64,000 nucleotides of DNA, taken from Folioceros fuciformis (taxonomy: Eukaryota). Of the stretch, positions 10,789 to 23,035 are shown piece after piece; position 1 is the first letter of the stretch, and each line of letters opens with the position of its first letter. The position numbers and the translations under genes are program-made. A model generated the notes under the pieces. That model was not told where the DNA came from. It did not search any database and was given only the letters and a program-made list of their open reading frames with translations. Location: assembly GCA_049999805.1 (NCBI GenBank), contig JBNGIO010005874.1, forward strand, positions 29,609 to 93,608, written 5' to 3'.

Positions 10789-13700
10789 ATGCCTCTCGTA
10801 AGGTACGAGATTAGGAGCGAGCACAGCTTGGCCAATCCGGACTTGTACCGGGCAGCGAAGGATGAGCCAGAGCGGCTTTTGGAAGGAGTTGCCACGGCAG
10901 GCCTCGTTGGAATAGTCAGGCAAATTGGTGATCTTGCAGAGTATGCATACTGCCCCCTGGAATGAAGACCGAAATGGAGCTGGGGAAAGCTCTTTCTCGC
11001 GTCTGGTGATGATGGTGCTGTTGCCGGTTTGCAGGTTTGCAGCGGACATCTTCCGTGACCTTCATGAAGAAGTCATGGCGGTTGCTGCAAAAGGTCATGA
11101 TTTGGCCATCCGAGTCCAGCAGATCGAGGCGGAGATGCCGTCAATTGAGAAGGCGCTGCTGTCTGAGACGAACCAGCTCAAGTACGCTTACAACGCAGGT
11201 AGAACAGCTCGCTCTCACTGTTTGTCTTGCTTCTCTTCTCATGTCAGCTTCCATGCATAATGCTTTTGGGCTCTCCAGGTACGGAGTGGCATGCGACTAT
11301 CCGAACAGATCAAAATCACTGCACTCAAGGGGATCTTCCTCGGTTTATAAGGAATTCTTACGAAGAATGTAGAGGGCCTCCAAGGCTCTTCCTGTTGGAC
11401 AAGTATGTGGAATGCGTCAAACACAGTCCAAATAGCTCCCTTCAAGTCCTGCTGTGGCTCCATTGTCCTTCAAGGATCTGGGGTAACGGAATCCCCCTGT
11501 ACCCATCTGAACTATCTCTAAACTCCTTGCCTCTTCCGAGAGCAGGTTTGATGTGGCCGGTGCTGGAGCGTGTTTGAAGAGGTACACCGACCCATCTTAC
11601 TTCAAGACAGAGTGGGCTGCTTCTGAGCTCATGAAAGCAGAACGTGAACAAAGGGCCAGAAAGAAGGTATTTTCTCAAGCCTTGCGTATTCCATTAGAGC
11701 TGCAGGTTCCTCAACAGCTTGGCGTCCCTGACTTTCTTGCTTCGTCGCTGTGCTGTAGAAAAAGGGAAGGCGCCGGAGGGACAATCCCAACTCTGTGGAC
11801 ACGATGCCTGTCACACAGATCAATTCGAGGTAATTAGTTCACCTAATGCATCAATTTCCGTTCATGGTCTGGATTGAGGTTTTTGATGTACAAGGGTAGG
11901 CTCACGCTGCCTGCTCTTGATTGTGCAGAGTGCGCTATTCTTCACGAGGTGTTGAGACAGATGGCCCTCCAGGGCCGTCTACGTCCTTAAATTCTGAATA
12001 TTTGTCAAAGCAGTCACGGGAAGCTCTACCCCCCAGCCGAGGACCAGATGCAAGCAGTGTATCAGGGTCCTCTGTTTCGTCTATGTCACTTTCGGACACA
12101 CAGACAAGAGTAGCTCCACCAGCTCGCCGAGGTACAGAATCAGCTTCCAAGACGGAGTATTTAAAACATCCCCGGTTAGGTCTGCCTCCTGGTCGAGTCA
12201 TGGAAATTGGGGGTGGAAAGGCATCTGCTAAAGAAGAGCAGCAGGGCAGGACATCAAAAGATGTGCTCCCTGTGGCTAGAGGGCTGGGAGCGGATGCTTT
12301 GGCCAAACGTCAAATTACTCCAATTCCAGAGCAGTCAGCATTGCACATCAGGGAACCAGTTGCCGGAGGAGTTGGTGACAACTCTCAAGTTACATCTCCG
12401 AAGGTTCTTCCATCAAGACATACAAGGCAATCATCTGGATCTGACAATTCAAATTCTCCGTGTCTAGTGTCCGCAGCCCAGGTGGACGAGCCACTCAAGC
12501 TCAGTGCGAAGGAAATTGAAGCTGAAACACTATCTGGAAGATTTGTGAGGGTCCACCCGAAATTAGATTTGGTGTCAGAGACACATGCGGATAGTTCAAA
12601 GTGGCAGTTAAGCAAATCTAATCAGGTCGACTACAAAGCTCCGGCGAAACCTTCATTGGATCGACAGTCTGGGCATGAGCAGGTCCAATCTCCTATCACT
12701 AATAAGGAGCAGGAAGTTCCAGTCAAGCCCCCATCAGATCGCTTTGAGAGCCAAGCAGTAGAGTTGATTTCACCAGCGGATGCAGCAGATGATCTCACAG
12801 GTGATGCAGATCACTTTGTGGATGCACTTGCAACCATGGAATCAGACGGGGAAGCAGATGCAGAGCCCAGGACTTCTGGAGCACAGCCACCTCTGGAAGC
12901 TGAAGCCACTGCTGCTCCTAGCAGCCAGGATACCGTAGGTCATAAAACATTGACAAACGAAGAGGACTCAGAGGGACAGGCCGTCGACAGTCCCAAGGGG
13001 ATTGCGGCCCAGGCTAGAGACACCCTGGTAGACTCGTTCGCATCTCCAAGACCAACTGCCTTCAGCGGGGCCCGTCTATCACCTTCACTCACTGTGGATT
13101 CTTCTGAATTGTTGAGTCCGTCTAGTGTAGGGTCATATGCTGTATATGAAAGTGAAGAGTCCGTCTTGACTCCAGCAGGACAGGGTCTAGCAGGGGTCAC
13201 AAAGGAGCAGCCTAGTCCCAGTGAAGAAGCAGCCTTGCCGAGTGACGTCCAGTTCATCTCTGAAGTCAGTGAACTCTTGATTTCGAATGGAACAGCCCAG
13301 GGTCTTCCATCCTCCAGTACTCAGTTTGCCATGCCTTCTAGACAGCCGCCAAGTCCTCCCTGTTCTAGTCAACCAGTCATCTCTCCCAGAGAAGCTGTAG
13401 GACCTCCCAGGGATGCAACTGGATCCCTGGTCAGCAAGGTTCATATACCCTCCATTGAACCTCCAAGTCCCTCTGGGACAGTCGTAGTGCTTCCTTCACC
13501 TGTTAATGCTCTGAGCTCTCCTTGGCATCTAGTAAGTCCAGCTGGGTCTACATCTGACCTCTCCTCTCCTCGGAGGTTCGAGGGTTCTGCTAGAGACGTT
13601 TTGAGTCCCACTGCATCTAACGTCTCTGGAGAAGAACTTGAACCTAAATTGAAGGCCCCTGGTGCAACCGCTGAGGTTGCTTTCCCTGCAGAGGACCCGC

Positions 13701-15503
13701 CAGCGGTTCTGAAGCCCCCTGGTGAAGAGCTGTTGACTCCCTCTATACATGGTCCTTCTCTTTCTTCTCCAAGCACAACTGTTTCAGACGAAGCTGCTGA
13801 AGTTATGACAGAGTTACCTGCTGTTGCCTCTACCCCAGAGACGTCCCTGCCAGATGAGTACCTTGATATGGCAGCAAGATTGAACAAGGACCAAGGAGGT
13901 CATGAAAACTTGGAAGAAGCTGTCGGTACAGATGTCGCAGAACAGGAGGTGAAGGACGGAGAAGTAGAGAAACCTGAACAACTCGATGAAGGCGACCTGC
14001 CGGGTGAGGAAGTATTGTCCGAGGACTTTGAAAGTCAGCAGGACGTCTCCAAAGGAATATCAGACCAGGCGGAGGATCTGACTGCCGGGGTAGCAGTTGA
14101 ACAGGTCACCCGTGAAGAAGAGCTCGCCGCTGCTGACCCTCTTCTCCATCTGCTCTCATCGGAAGACGAAGTTGAGGAGGAACTGGATGAGGAGCTTGCT
14201 GAAGCTGCCAGATCTAGCCATGTGTCTCCTCCTCGTGCCCCCAGTCCTCCAGTTCCTCCAAGTCCTCCCAGTTCTCAAAGCTCCAAAGCCCAGAAAATCT
14301 CGGTGTTAGTTCCACTGTCCCTTTCTGATACTGAAGCCAATGATCCTGAGCTTTCCCCTGGTGGAAGTGATGGATCCTCTCCCAAGTCTTCTATTTTCAG
14401 TGCCCTCCATTCACCCATGTCTCCCCCACTCCATGGTCGAAAGTTACTTGATTCACCACGGTCTCGGAGTGCCAGGAGCTTTCGTGCCTCAGAAGTCTTG
14501 GATCCTACATCCCCGACCCATAGTCCAAGACTAAACCTCCAGAGATCACCAACTTCGAAGTCATTACCTGAGATAATGCCGCCAGTTCCCCCCTTGAATC
14601 CTGGTCAGTGGCACGAGAGGAAACCGAGTATCCCTTTAGAGTTCGGGAGATCTCCTTCTAGAATGCCTCCTCCTCCTCCTCCTACTATTCCCTCGACCCG
14701 GACTAAACAACCCTCTCCACCTCCTGCACCTATGCCAACGAGGCGGGCCCCTATTGCAGGTGAACAAGATGCACTAATGGATGCTATTGCTGCACATGAC
14801 AGAAGCCAGGTAGGAGGCAATGAACGGTTGGTACCTACCAGTGTCATTCCGCAATTGACCTTTCTTCCTGTGCTGCCCAATGGTGCAGAAACAATCCATT
14901 CATCTTTCTTTTTTATTGGCTGGCTACCCCTATCTTTCACTTGATGCAGTGGTACTTCACCTCTTCCCTTGCAAGCCCTACTCATGGCTGACTTCCGTTT
15001 TCTGCTGTTGATCTCTGCAGCTACGAAAGGTTTCTCTCTCAGCGCAGGCCTCTCCAAGCAGTAGCTCTCCAACCCAAGATAGGGAAGGCCTTCTCCAGCA
15101 AATAAGGTCGCAGGTTGTGAGCTGAACTTTCCTGTGGGCATGTCGTGCTTAACTTTCCTGTCTGCCGATCTTGCTGTCCTTTCGTGTGTGACCAAGTTTC
15201 TACACAATCATGTTCTTGTGACGAACTTCCTCCTTCATTGTTACAGTCATTCAGTTTGCGGGAGACAAAGTCGTCCCCAAGGGTGCAGCCAGAAAGCTTG
15301 CAGCGTCCGGTCACAAACATAAATGTAGCAGCCATACTGGAGAAAGCCAATGCCATCCGTCAGGTCAGAGTTGTTGTCGATGTAAACACTGGTGACTCTC
15401 CTCGTGTTGGAGACATGTAGTGACTGACCCGGGGTTGTGACAGGCTTTCAATGGAAGTGACGATGAAGACGACGAGGATGATCGGTGGAGTGATACAACG
15501 TAG
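10789..15503 (+). CDS. SCAR: SCAR/WAVE-family Arp2/3 activator
   Basis: [23 protein letters not shown]...[75 protein letters not shown]; long Pro/Ser-rich middle exon; WH2 [30 protein letters not shown] and acidic tail [14 protein letters not shown]. Confidence 0.95.
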
Positions 15504-15783
15504 CAGAAGAGTGAAGCAGACCCTCCTGTTGTTTAGATCAGTATTTATATAGGCGCCCACAATTCTTTCCTCTCAGGTCCTCAGCTTGTGGCCGTTTAGA
15601 TCATCCTCACGGCCTGGCTGTTTGGGAGCGGCTTGTACCACTTACGTGTTGGGTTTTTGGATTATTAGGCAGAACCTGCTGTGGTGTAGTGTAGGTAGGC
15701 TGCTGCGGCTGTGACAAAGGGACTCCTGCTCGCGTCATGAAAGCCCTAAGGTGTCGAGCATTTTGAATGAAATCCCTGCTAGA

Positions 15784-16820
15784 ATGGCCATGTCTTCGGC
15801 AGCGTGCATCTCTTTCACTCCCGTCTTCCCTTCCGTCTCCAGGGCAGATGCATTCCAAACAAAGGGCAACTGGATTACTGTGCGTTGCTCTGTGAGTGAT
15901 CGAGATAGCAGCCCAACGTTGCATCTTCTATGCTCTCAACCGGGGTGTAGAGGCAGAAGATCGGTGCAACACGGATGTCCCCGTATTCCAGCCTTGCCAT
16001 TGGGAGCCAGGCCACCGGATGGCGAGGAATCAGGGGATGCCGAAGGGGGATCGGAGGAAGGTGCCGTAGTGTTCAAGCGCGGCGGAACTCGGGAGCACTA
16101 TGAGGTGGAGAGCTCGCTGGAGAGCTTGGGGTTGCACGCTCTGTCCTCGGAGCTCTCCAGAACGGCCGCGATTTCCATGGGCCTGAAGGCGGCAAAATCC
16201 GACTCCGCCACCCCCGTTTCCATCTCCTGGAACGTGAGTAAGCAGGGCAGGGATCTGCGGCTCAACGGAGTGGCCAGAACCGCCATCTCCGCAATATGCA
16301 ACAGGTGAGCGTCCGGTTGTTGCTGTGCAAGCGTTTGCAGTGCAGGAAGGGAACGGGCGGATGGAACTGACGCGAATGTGGTTTCTTGTGTGTGTGTCAC
16401 AGATGCTTGGCTCCGATGGCCGAGCGGATTTCTGGAGAGTTCTCTCTTCTGCTGACGGAGAAGCCAGTGGAGGAGCCGACACAGGAGAAGCTTGGGGTGG
16501 TGCTGGGAGCGCTGGGGCAGGGGCAGGACCTGGATGAAGAGGCGCTGCGAATGCTGGACCTAGATTTGGATGACAAGATGCATTTCCCCCGGGAGGCGTC
16601 TCAACTGGACATCTCTAAGTACATCAGAGACACCGTGCATTTGGAGATTCCAGCCAAATCCATCTGTGTGGAAGCTTGCAAAGGACTGTGCCTGAGCTGC
16701 GGGGTCAACCTCAACAGGTCGTCCTGTAAGTGCGTGCAGAAGGAGAAGGACGATGGCAGGTGGAATGCTTTAGAGCAGCTAAGGAAGCAATTGCGGGAGC
16801 AGGAAGGGAGGGCAGATTAG
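15784..16820 (+). CDS. DUF177/YceD-family plastid 23S rRNA accumulation protein
   Basis: Transit-peptide-like N-terminus; LRLNGVARTAISAICNR|CLAP; LDISKYIRDTVHLEIPAKSICVEACKGLCLSCGVNLNRSSCKC and W-x-x-L-x-x-L tail; intron ~16305-16402. Confidence 0.9.
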
Positions 16821-17425
16821 TGACTCGAGTTCGCTCATTCCTGCAAGCACCCCGCTGTGTCCTGGAAGTGGAGATGCCGGTGGTTAAGGCTCACCTTGCT
16901 CTGCTTCCTCTGTCTGAAGTGTCATCTTAGGGTCCTTGGATCTTCAAGCCACAAGCCTCAATAGGGTTAAGGCTTGAGGAAGAGTCACAGGTCTGGGATA
17001 GATGCAAAATCCGTGGCTTAGCCGCTGGGATCTACAACCGCAGCTGGTGTGGATGGAGAGACCAACCAGGAATGTGGATGCCTCCAATGTGAATTTCAAC
17101 GCAAGCTTGATTTACAAGGGTAAGCATGCAGCAATGCCATCGGGACTGCCAGGCAAGGCCTGGCAGTACCGATAGTTACATGTAGTGGGCAGGCTTCTTC
17201 CGCCCATATCCAAGCTCCCTTATTCCCTTCAACCCTTTTTGACTGACTCGCCGAATCTGTCCAACATTCATCAGGAATTTCGTCTGGAATTCTGTGCCAT
17301 GTTGCGCACATTCCACAAGAAATGCAAATGCGAACCTTGGAGCTACCGGGACCTGTATGTATAAATGGCCTTCCTCTTTCGAGCTCTCTAGTATCACAGC
17401 CTTGTTCGTAACTCTTTCTCGCGAG

Positions 17426-17983
17426 ATGACGAAACGCATTTTCACGCACACTATTCTGGTTTTGGTAGTATTGTGGCATATTGCAGATCAAGCTCACGTT
17501 GATGCAGTTTGTGTGCCTTATGGACTGCCAGATGAATGGGATTGGGCGGTCATCTTTTATGCTTTTCCAGACTGCACCCTTGTGTCAGCAGCCTTGTTTG
17601 GCAATACATCCAGCTCTTGCGGGTCATGTAACAATGTAGGAAGTGAAATCACCAAAGCATCTGCTCAAATAATAGTAAGGCCTGATTCTCCAATCTCATT
17701 AATTTTCTATGAATTAGAATCTTGCCTAGGCGACGTGAAGGGTATTGCTCCACCACCTAAGAATGGTGGTCCCCATCTTTCAGGAGGTGACCAGAGTGCA
17801 CCAAGCACACCTCTCGGTCTACCTCAGGAAGCACCACTGGACACTGTCAATCTACCTCCTAATTCTTTCCTTGTGAAGTGTTCAACGATTGCTGGACTTC
17901 CTACTTGGAAAAGGGAGCGTGATCGATCTTCAAAGCTTCCATGGCAAAGAACAAGCTATATGAGTCTAAATTGGAATGTTTAG
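17426..17983 (+). CDS. Orphan secreted Cys-rich protein, possibly MiAMP1/beta-gamma-crystallin-like
   Basis: ATG at 17426 gives a signal-peptide-like MTKRIFTHTILVLVVLWHIADQAHVDA; repeated IFYxxxxC motifs, CGSC and SFLVKC; single exon. Confidence 0.5.
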   Translation: MTKRIFTHTILVLVVLWHIADQAHVDAVCVPYGLPDEWDWAVIFYAFPDCTLVSAALFGNTSSSCGSCNNVGSEITKASAQIIVRPDSPISLIFYELESCLGDVKGIAPPPKNGGPHLSGGDQSAPSTPLGLPQEAPLDTVNLPPNSFLVKCSTIAGLPTWKRERDRSSKLPWQRTSYMSLNWNV

Positions 17984-19500
17984 GATGATAGGGCAATGAA
18001 TATTAATTATTATTATATAATAAATATTCTCTTTGCAATTTATTATATATTTTATTTATATATACTATTGTATTACAAGCAACCTATCCATGTAAGAAGA
18101 AAGAAGTTTTTTTTATACATATGACAACTTATTTCTCCTATGTGATTGAAGTTCATAAAAATAACAGAGAAACTGCATTCTTTCATTCCTTATATTTGAC
18201 TTAATGGAATACATTGTAGTTTATTTATTTGGTTTATGGAACAAGCATTTCCATCTTGTTTTTCTCAAGTAAAGGAATATTCACCAAGGCTTATGTTCTC
18301 AAAAATTAGTACATGTTCATTTCAAATAAAAATTATAATATATAATATATTAATTTAATAATATATTTTGGAACAAGGTTTTATACTTTATTGAAAAAGA
18401 GATGTGAGATCCCATCGAACAAAACAATGAAGAGGAATAATGCAAAGAGGACAAAAGATCAAAAGGGGAACATATCTCTTATCTTTTCTAAATAAATTCT
18501 GTATTTAAAAAAATAATATTAGCTCACCAATATATACACACATTCTTAAGAGGATCCAAGAAAAAAAAGACTAAATAAAATATATATATTATACTAAAAT
18601 AATCATGTTAGATCACTAATACATCTTCTTGAGAGGTTCTAGGATATCGTTTTGATCTAAGACTTAATGAGTTAAAATACTTGTATCATAGTAAAGGTTA
18701 TCTTACGGTTTACCTCATCCTTGATCCATTTACTCTCTCTATGGGAATATAAAGTTTATATAATTTATTTGAAATAGATCAAAGATCTAATATACCTCAA
18801 ATAAGAGCAGGAAGAGATGCTACAAGGGTTGAAAGAAAAGGAGATTCAATGAACACAAGCCTTGTAAGTATCTACTGCCCCTAAAATGTCATGGTTAATT
18901 ATAACAAAGGGCTTACCTAGAACGCTTGTATTTTCTATTATTAAAAAAGAGAACTAATAAAAAAGTGCTGCAAAAAGAAAGCTATAGCCTAGGAACGAGG
19001 GAGAAATCCATTCTTGTGATTGTGATTAGCCTTCGTGCAAGCCTATGGAACTGTGATAAGCCTTCACAAAAGGAATAAGTCTTTGAGAGGAAATAAGATA
19101 GAATTGTGATAAGTCTTTGTACAAGCTTTGACAAGAGCCCTAAACCCTCTTGAGAAGAAAAGAGATTTAAGATAAGTCTTTGTGCAAGCCTTGATAAGTC
19201 CTTGCTCATGGGCTAAAGCGTTTTAAACATATGACTTCTTGTAGCCAGACACTAAGACTTTGGGCTTTTGATTAATCCCTTTCCTTCAGGAGCTTATTTA
19301 TTTTAGAAGAACAAGATGGAAAAACTCATCTACCTCTAGAGAGAGATAAACCATAATAGGAACACTAGGGACTAACCTCTTTGGATCCGCACCGGACTCT
19401 AATATACAACAAAATTACCTAAAAAGTCGTGAGCAAATCGGCTTGTGGAAGGGGAAGTGGAAAGAAAAGACAAAGAAGCGGTTTCCTACGTCATGTATTT
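17984..19500. other. Very AT-rich intergenic block, probably decayed transposon sequence
   Basis: Abrupt drop in GC, no credible ORF, short imperfect repeats (gataagtctttgtgcaagcc) at about 19020-19200. Confidence 0.5.
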
Positions 19501-19517
19501 AAGACAGGATCGCGTAG

Positions 19518-19684
19518 GAAGACCTCAAGGGAGACCAGCCTTATGCTAGGTTCCCATGAAGACCTCCAGGGAGACCAGGCTTATGCTAGGTTCCCATGAA
19601 GACCTCCAGGGAGACCAGCCTTATGCNNNNNNNNNNGGTTCCCATGAAGACCTCCAGGGAGACCAGCCTTATGCTAGGTTCCCT
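19518..19684. repeat. 40-bp tandem repeat (gaagacctccagggagaccagccttatgctaggttcccat), at least 4 copies, interrupted by an N gap
   Basis: Directly visible; the gap at 19627-19636 suggests a collapsed array. Confidence 0.92.
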
Positions 19685-19739
19685 TGTAACCCGTACCCGG
19701 AGTATTTCTAGTACAAAAGACAATGAACATTAATGGTTT

Positions 19740-20164
19740 ACGGCCGGGTTGAGCACTCTGGGTTGGAGGTTTTGACTGGGTTTATTTTTAGATACACTTG
19801 GATTTCTCCGACCCAAAGTACTCGCCATGCCAGTTGGCGCTATCTAAAATAACGGAATGGCTTTATATACAATCCAGGTTGGATGTCATATGGGATTAGG
19901 AATCGCTTGCTTTTCTTCCATTTCCATGACCGCTGCAAGTTGCCCTCTTTACATGAATCGTTCTAGCGTTGAGGACAAGGCACGCCTACATTGTACAGAT
20001 GGACTCTTTTGTTCTGCTTTCGACTTCAACAAGACCTCCGGCTGGATTCAATGTGTCAAGCATACTTGGTAGGTATCAAGTGTGAAGCATGCTACAAATT
20101 GTGAAGACATTGCTAACAGAAACGTGTATCAATCTCAACGTTTGTCTTATGGTGTAGCTCCAAG

Positions 20165-20207
<43 letters not shown>

Positions 20208-22560
20208 AGAGACAGGGATAATGTAGCAGCACACTTACAAGGTCCTGGCTGTTCCGCAGCTTGGAGGCCACAATTTCAGACTGAGCTAGAAAGCCAAGGT
20301 TCTCACAACCCATCTGTGAATCCCAACCGTGCCGAGGGCAAGAAAAGGTCTAGGGTTCAAACTTCAATTCAAGGTGATTCATCACTCATTGACGAAGATA
20401 ACACAGGGAAAAGGTGGGACGAATCTGAATTGCTCATATTGGTTTCTGTATGAAAGGAGGATGTTATGAAGAACAGGGACGGCAGTATGAACGAAAAGAT
20501 GACTCCTGCCAACACAAGATGGGCTGTAATTTCAACTTCATGTGCAAGCCATAAGGTATACAGGATGACGAAGCAATGTCGTGATCGCTAGGAAGCTCTC
20601 ATGACGGAATTCAATAAAGTCCAAGATTGGGAGTGACCTCGTCACAATTCAGGACGGAGCAGCTATTGGAATATGGAGAAGGCTGAGAGAATTGCTCAAA
20701 AGGTGCCCAAAGCCTTCCTGCGGACCATGTATGAAGCCATGTATGTGTTCTAATGCAACAAGGCAGTCAATGCCAATGGGACTTGAAGCAGTTCAAGCGG
20801 AAAGATTGGAGGACAGCGGGCTTCCTATCGCCTGGGAAAGATCGCTGGAATCACTCGTGCCCATGGGGAAGGTGAGTCTTTAGGGTCCGTGAGAGGCTTA
20901 GAGGTGGATGTATCAGTGGCTTTGGCAATTCCCGGGTACCATCGGGTAGGGGAGCGCTCTCGGAGCGCCTTGTCTTGAGTTTTGGGCTCAAGGCCAGTTT
21001 CCCCCTCTCTTGTGGTACTCGATTTATGTACATACGTGAGCAGGGTTTTCCTTTGTATTGTAAGTGGGAGGAGTCTTCCACTTATAATCAGAATTATATT
21101 TTTTTGCGAAAAAAATGCCAATGAGACTTTTGATAGCACTAAACTAAACAGTGGTAGTGGGAGCTCGGGTAATATCAGACAAGTAGATTCTGAGTGTTGC
21201 CTTGAGCCGGACCCCTAAGTGCAGACAAAGTAGATTCTGAGTGTTGCCTTGAGCTGGACCCCCAAGTGCAGGTATAACTATTTGGAGACGATGGGGAGCA
21301 AGAACATGCCTCAACCTGGAAAGGTAAAAAGAGGAAAACATCGAAGGACTCCACGATCATTGGATTGGTGCCCATGATGAAGGAGAATCATGCTGCAAAA
21401 CTAGAAGCCATAAGGGAAGCTAAGGAGAATCAGAAACAACGACATAAGGAACTCTTAGACTAAGAGCGTGACAAGATAGCATCCATTACAGCAATGGAGC
21501 AAAGGAAAATTGAGGTGTATGAGTGTACCGAGGAGAAAAGATTGCAAGCTAACTCTGAATTTGGGTGGAAAGTGGTCCAGGCAATGACCGACATATCTCT
21601 TTGGATCCGAAGTCTTAGTTCAACTATCATAGAGGTAGCCCATATCAAGAAAGGGTAGGTAGAACTTACACAACATTTATTTCTCAACAACAAAGGATTA
21701 AACATATGGTTTCTAGTCCATTGCTCCATAACATGTGCATCAAGATGTCTCTCAACCTGTGACCTTCGGCACTTCTAGGGCTATGAAGTTTCAATGCATG
21801 CCATCTTCTTCATCGTCCTCCTTGCCTGCCAACAATCTTGGATCTATCTCATCACCACTATATACCCGAATGTTGTGCAGTAACACACAAGCATAAGTCA
21901 ACGCATTGAAGTAGTTGATGTTGCCTCGCCACACTTTCCTACCTAGTATCTGCCAAACTTTTTCGAGTGCTTCGAAATCGTCCTCAACAACCATACAAGA
22001 AGAGGATAGCTTGAAGTTAAAAGACTCTTTGTCTGCCATCAAACTTTGACCAGGAAAGGGGATGATCAACCATGGAAGCAAAGAGTAGCCAACATCTTCG
22101 ATGATATACTCTCGCACTTTCTCCGATGATATACTCTCGCACTTCCTTGTTATCCACGAGCATGGATGGTCCATTCAACCATGCACCTCCATTGACTTGG
22201 TGATAGAACTCTGAGTTGTATAGAATTCTCGTATCATTTGCAGCTCTTGGCCAACCTATTACTACATCTAAGAACTTATTAGGGCCTACGATACCCTGCA
22301 TTGTGAAATCTTTNNNNNNNNNNCATTGTGAAATCTTTGTATCTTCCTCGATACTCCCATTGGTTTTCTCAAAGATAGTTCGAGCCGGAAATGGGTCACA
22401 TCGATGGCAGCACAACAGTTCATGAAGCCATGTAGTTCAAAGAATCCTGCCTTCACTTCATCTAATTGACCTATTGATGGCCAAGCAAGGTGATGCCTAG
22501 CCTTCTGTATGATTGCTTTGACAAAACGGTGAGTAATTATGCAGGCAATTGACTTGTCCC
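19740..22560. mobile_element. Degenerate PIF/Harbinger DNA transposon (Myb/trihelix ORF on +, HARBI1-type DDE transposase on -)
   Basis: + strand ~20400-20740: KRWDESELLILVSV*...RWAVISTSC...TKQCRDR*EAL..EFNKVQDWE*...SYWNME (Myb/SANT-like, with stops). - strand 21791-22560: NCCAAIDVTH, FLDVVIGWPRAANDTRIL, YIIEDVGYSLLPWL, FNFKLSS, ACVLLHNI (DDE_Tnp_4-like), frameshifted and 5'-truncated. The left boundary is a guess. Confidence 0.85.
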
Positions 22561-22564
22561 ACTC

Positions 22565-22631
22565 TGAAGCTTTCTCTTTATTCCGAAGCTTTCTCTTTAT
22601 TCCGAAGCTTTCTCTTTAGTCCGAAGCTTTC
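22565..22631. repeat. 19-bp tandem repeat (gaagctttctctttattcc), about 3.5 copies, at the truncation point of the transposase
   Basis: Directly visible. Confidence 0.9.
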
Positions 22632-23035
22632 AGGTAAGTAGACAAAGCTATCACCTGTGGTCAAGTCTCCTTAAGGCAATGGCATCTGGTTTCTGCACAG
22701 AGATAATCCTCCTGTGATGTTCACGAATCGAGGAACTGGAGTCGGTCAAGAACGTCATAGGAACTGGAGTCGGGTCAAGAACGTCATGAACTACGTTCAC
22801 ATGAAAAAAATCCCCGGAGAAAGCGCTCAGGGTCCGGGCTGCATGGGAACCTAGCATTACTGGACTTATCTGGTACAGATTGAAGTGACCTTAGTGAACC
22901 TCCCTTAACTATCGTCATGCTCGGACAGCCCTAAACGTCGACTGGCTCTGGGTCTGTTGTTGTGCAGAGGGGATGGCGTCTGAATAGCGTGTTGCAGACT
23001 GGATTCAGCCTTCGGGGCTTCCGCTCGGGGTAGTG

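Noticed and set aside
11921-14944. 1007-aa ORF as a stand-alone gene
   Set aside because: It is the large internal exon of SCAR, read into the flanking introns.
20082-20453. Poly-Lys ORF
   Set aside because: Artefact of a homopolymer A run inside a decayed transposon.
22298-22338. Direct repeat cattgtgaaatcttt flanking Ns
   Set aside because: Typical scaffold-gap overlap artefact, not a target-site duplication.
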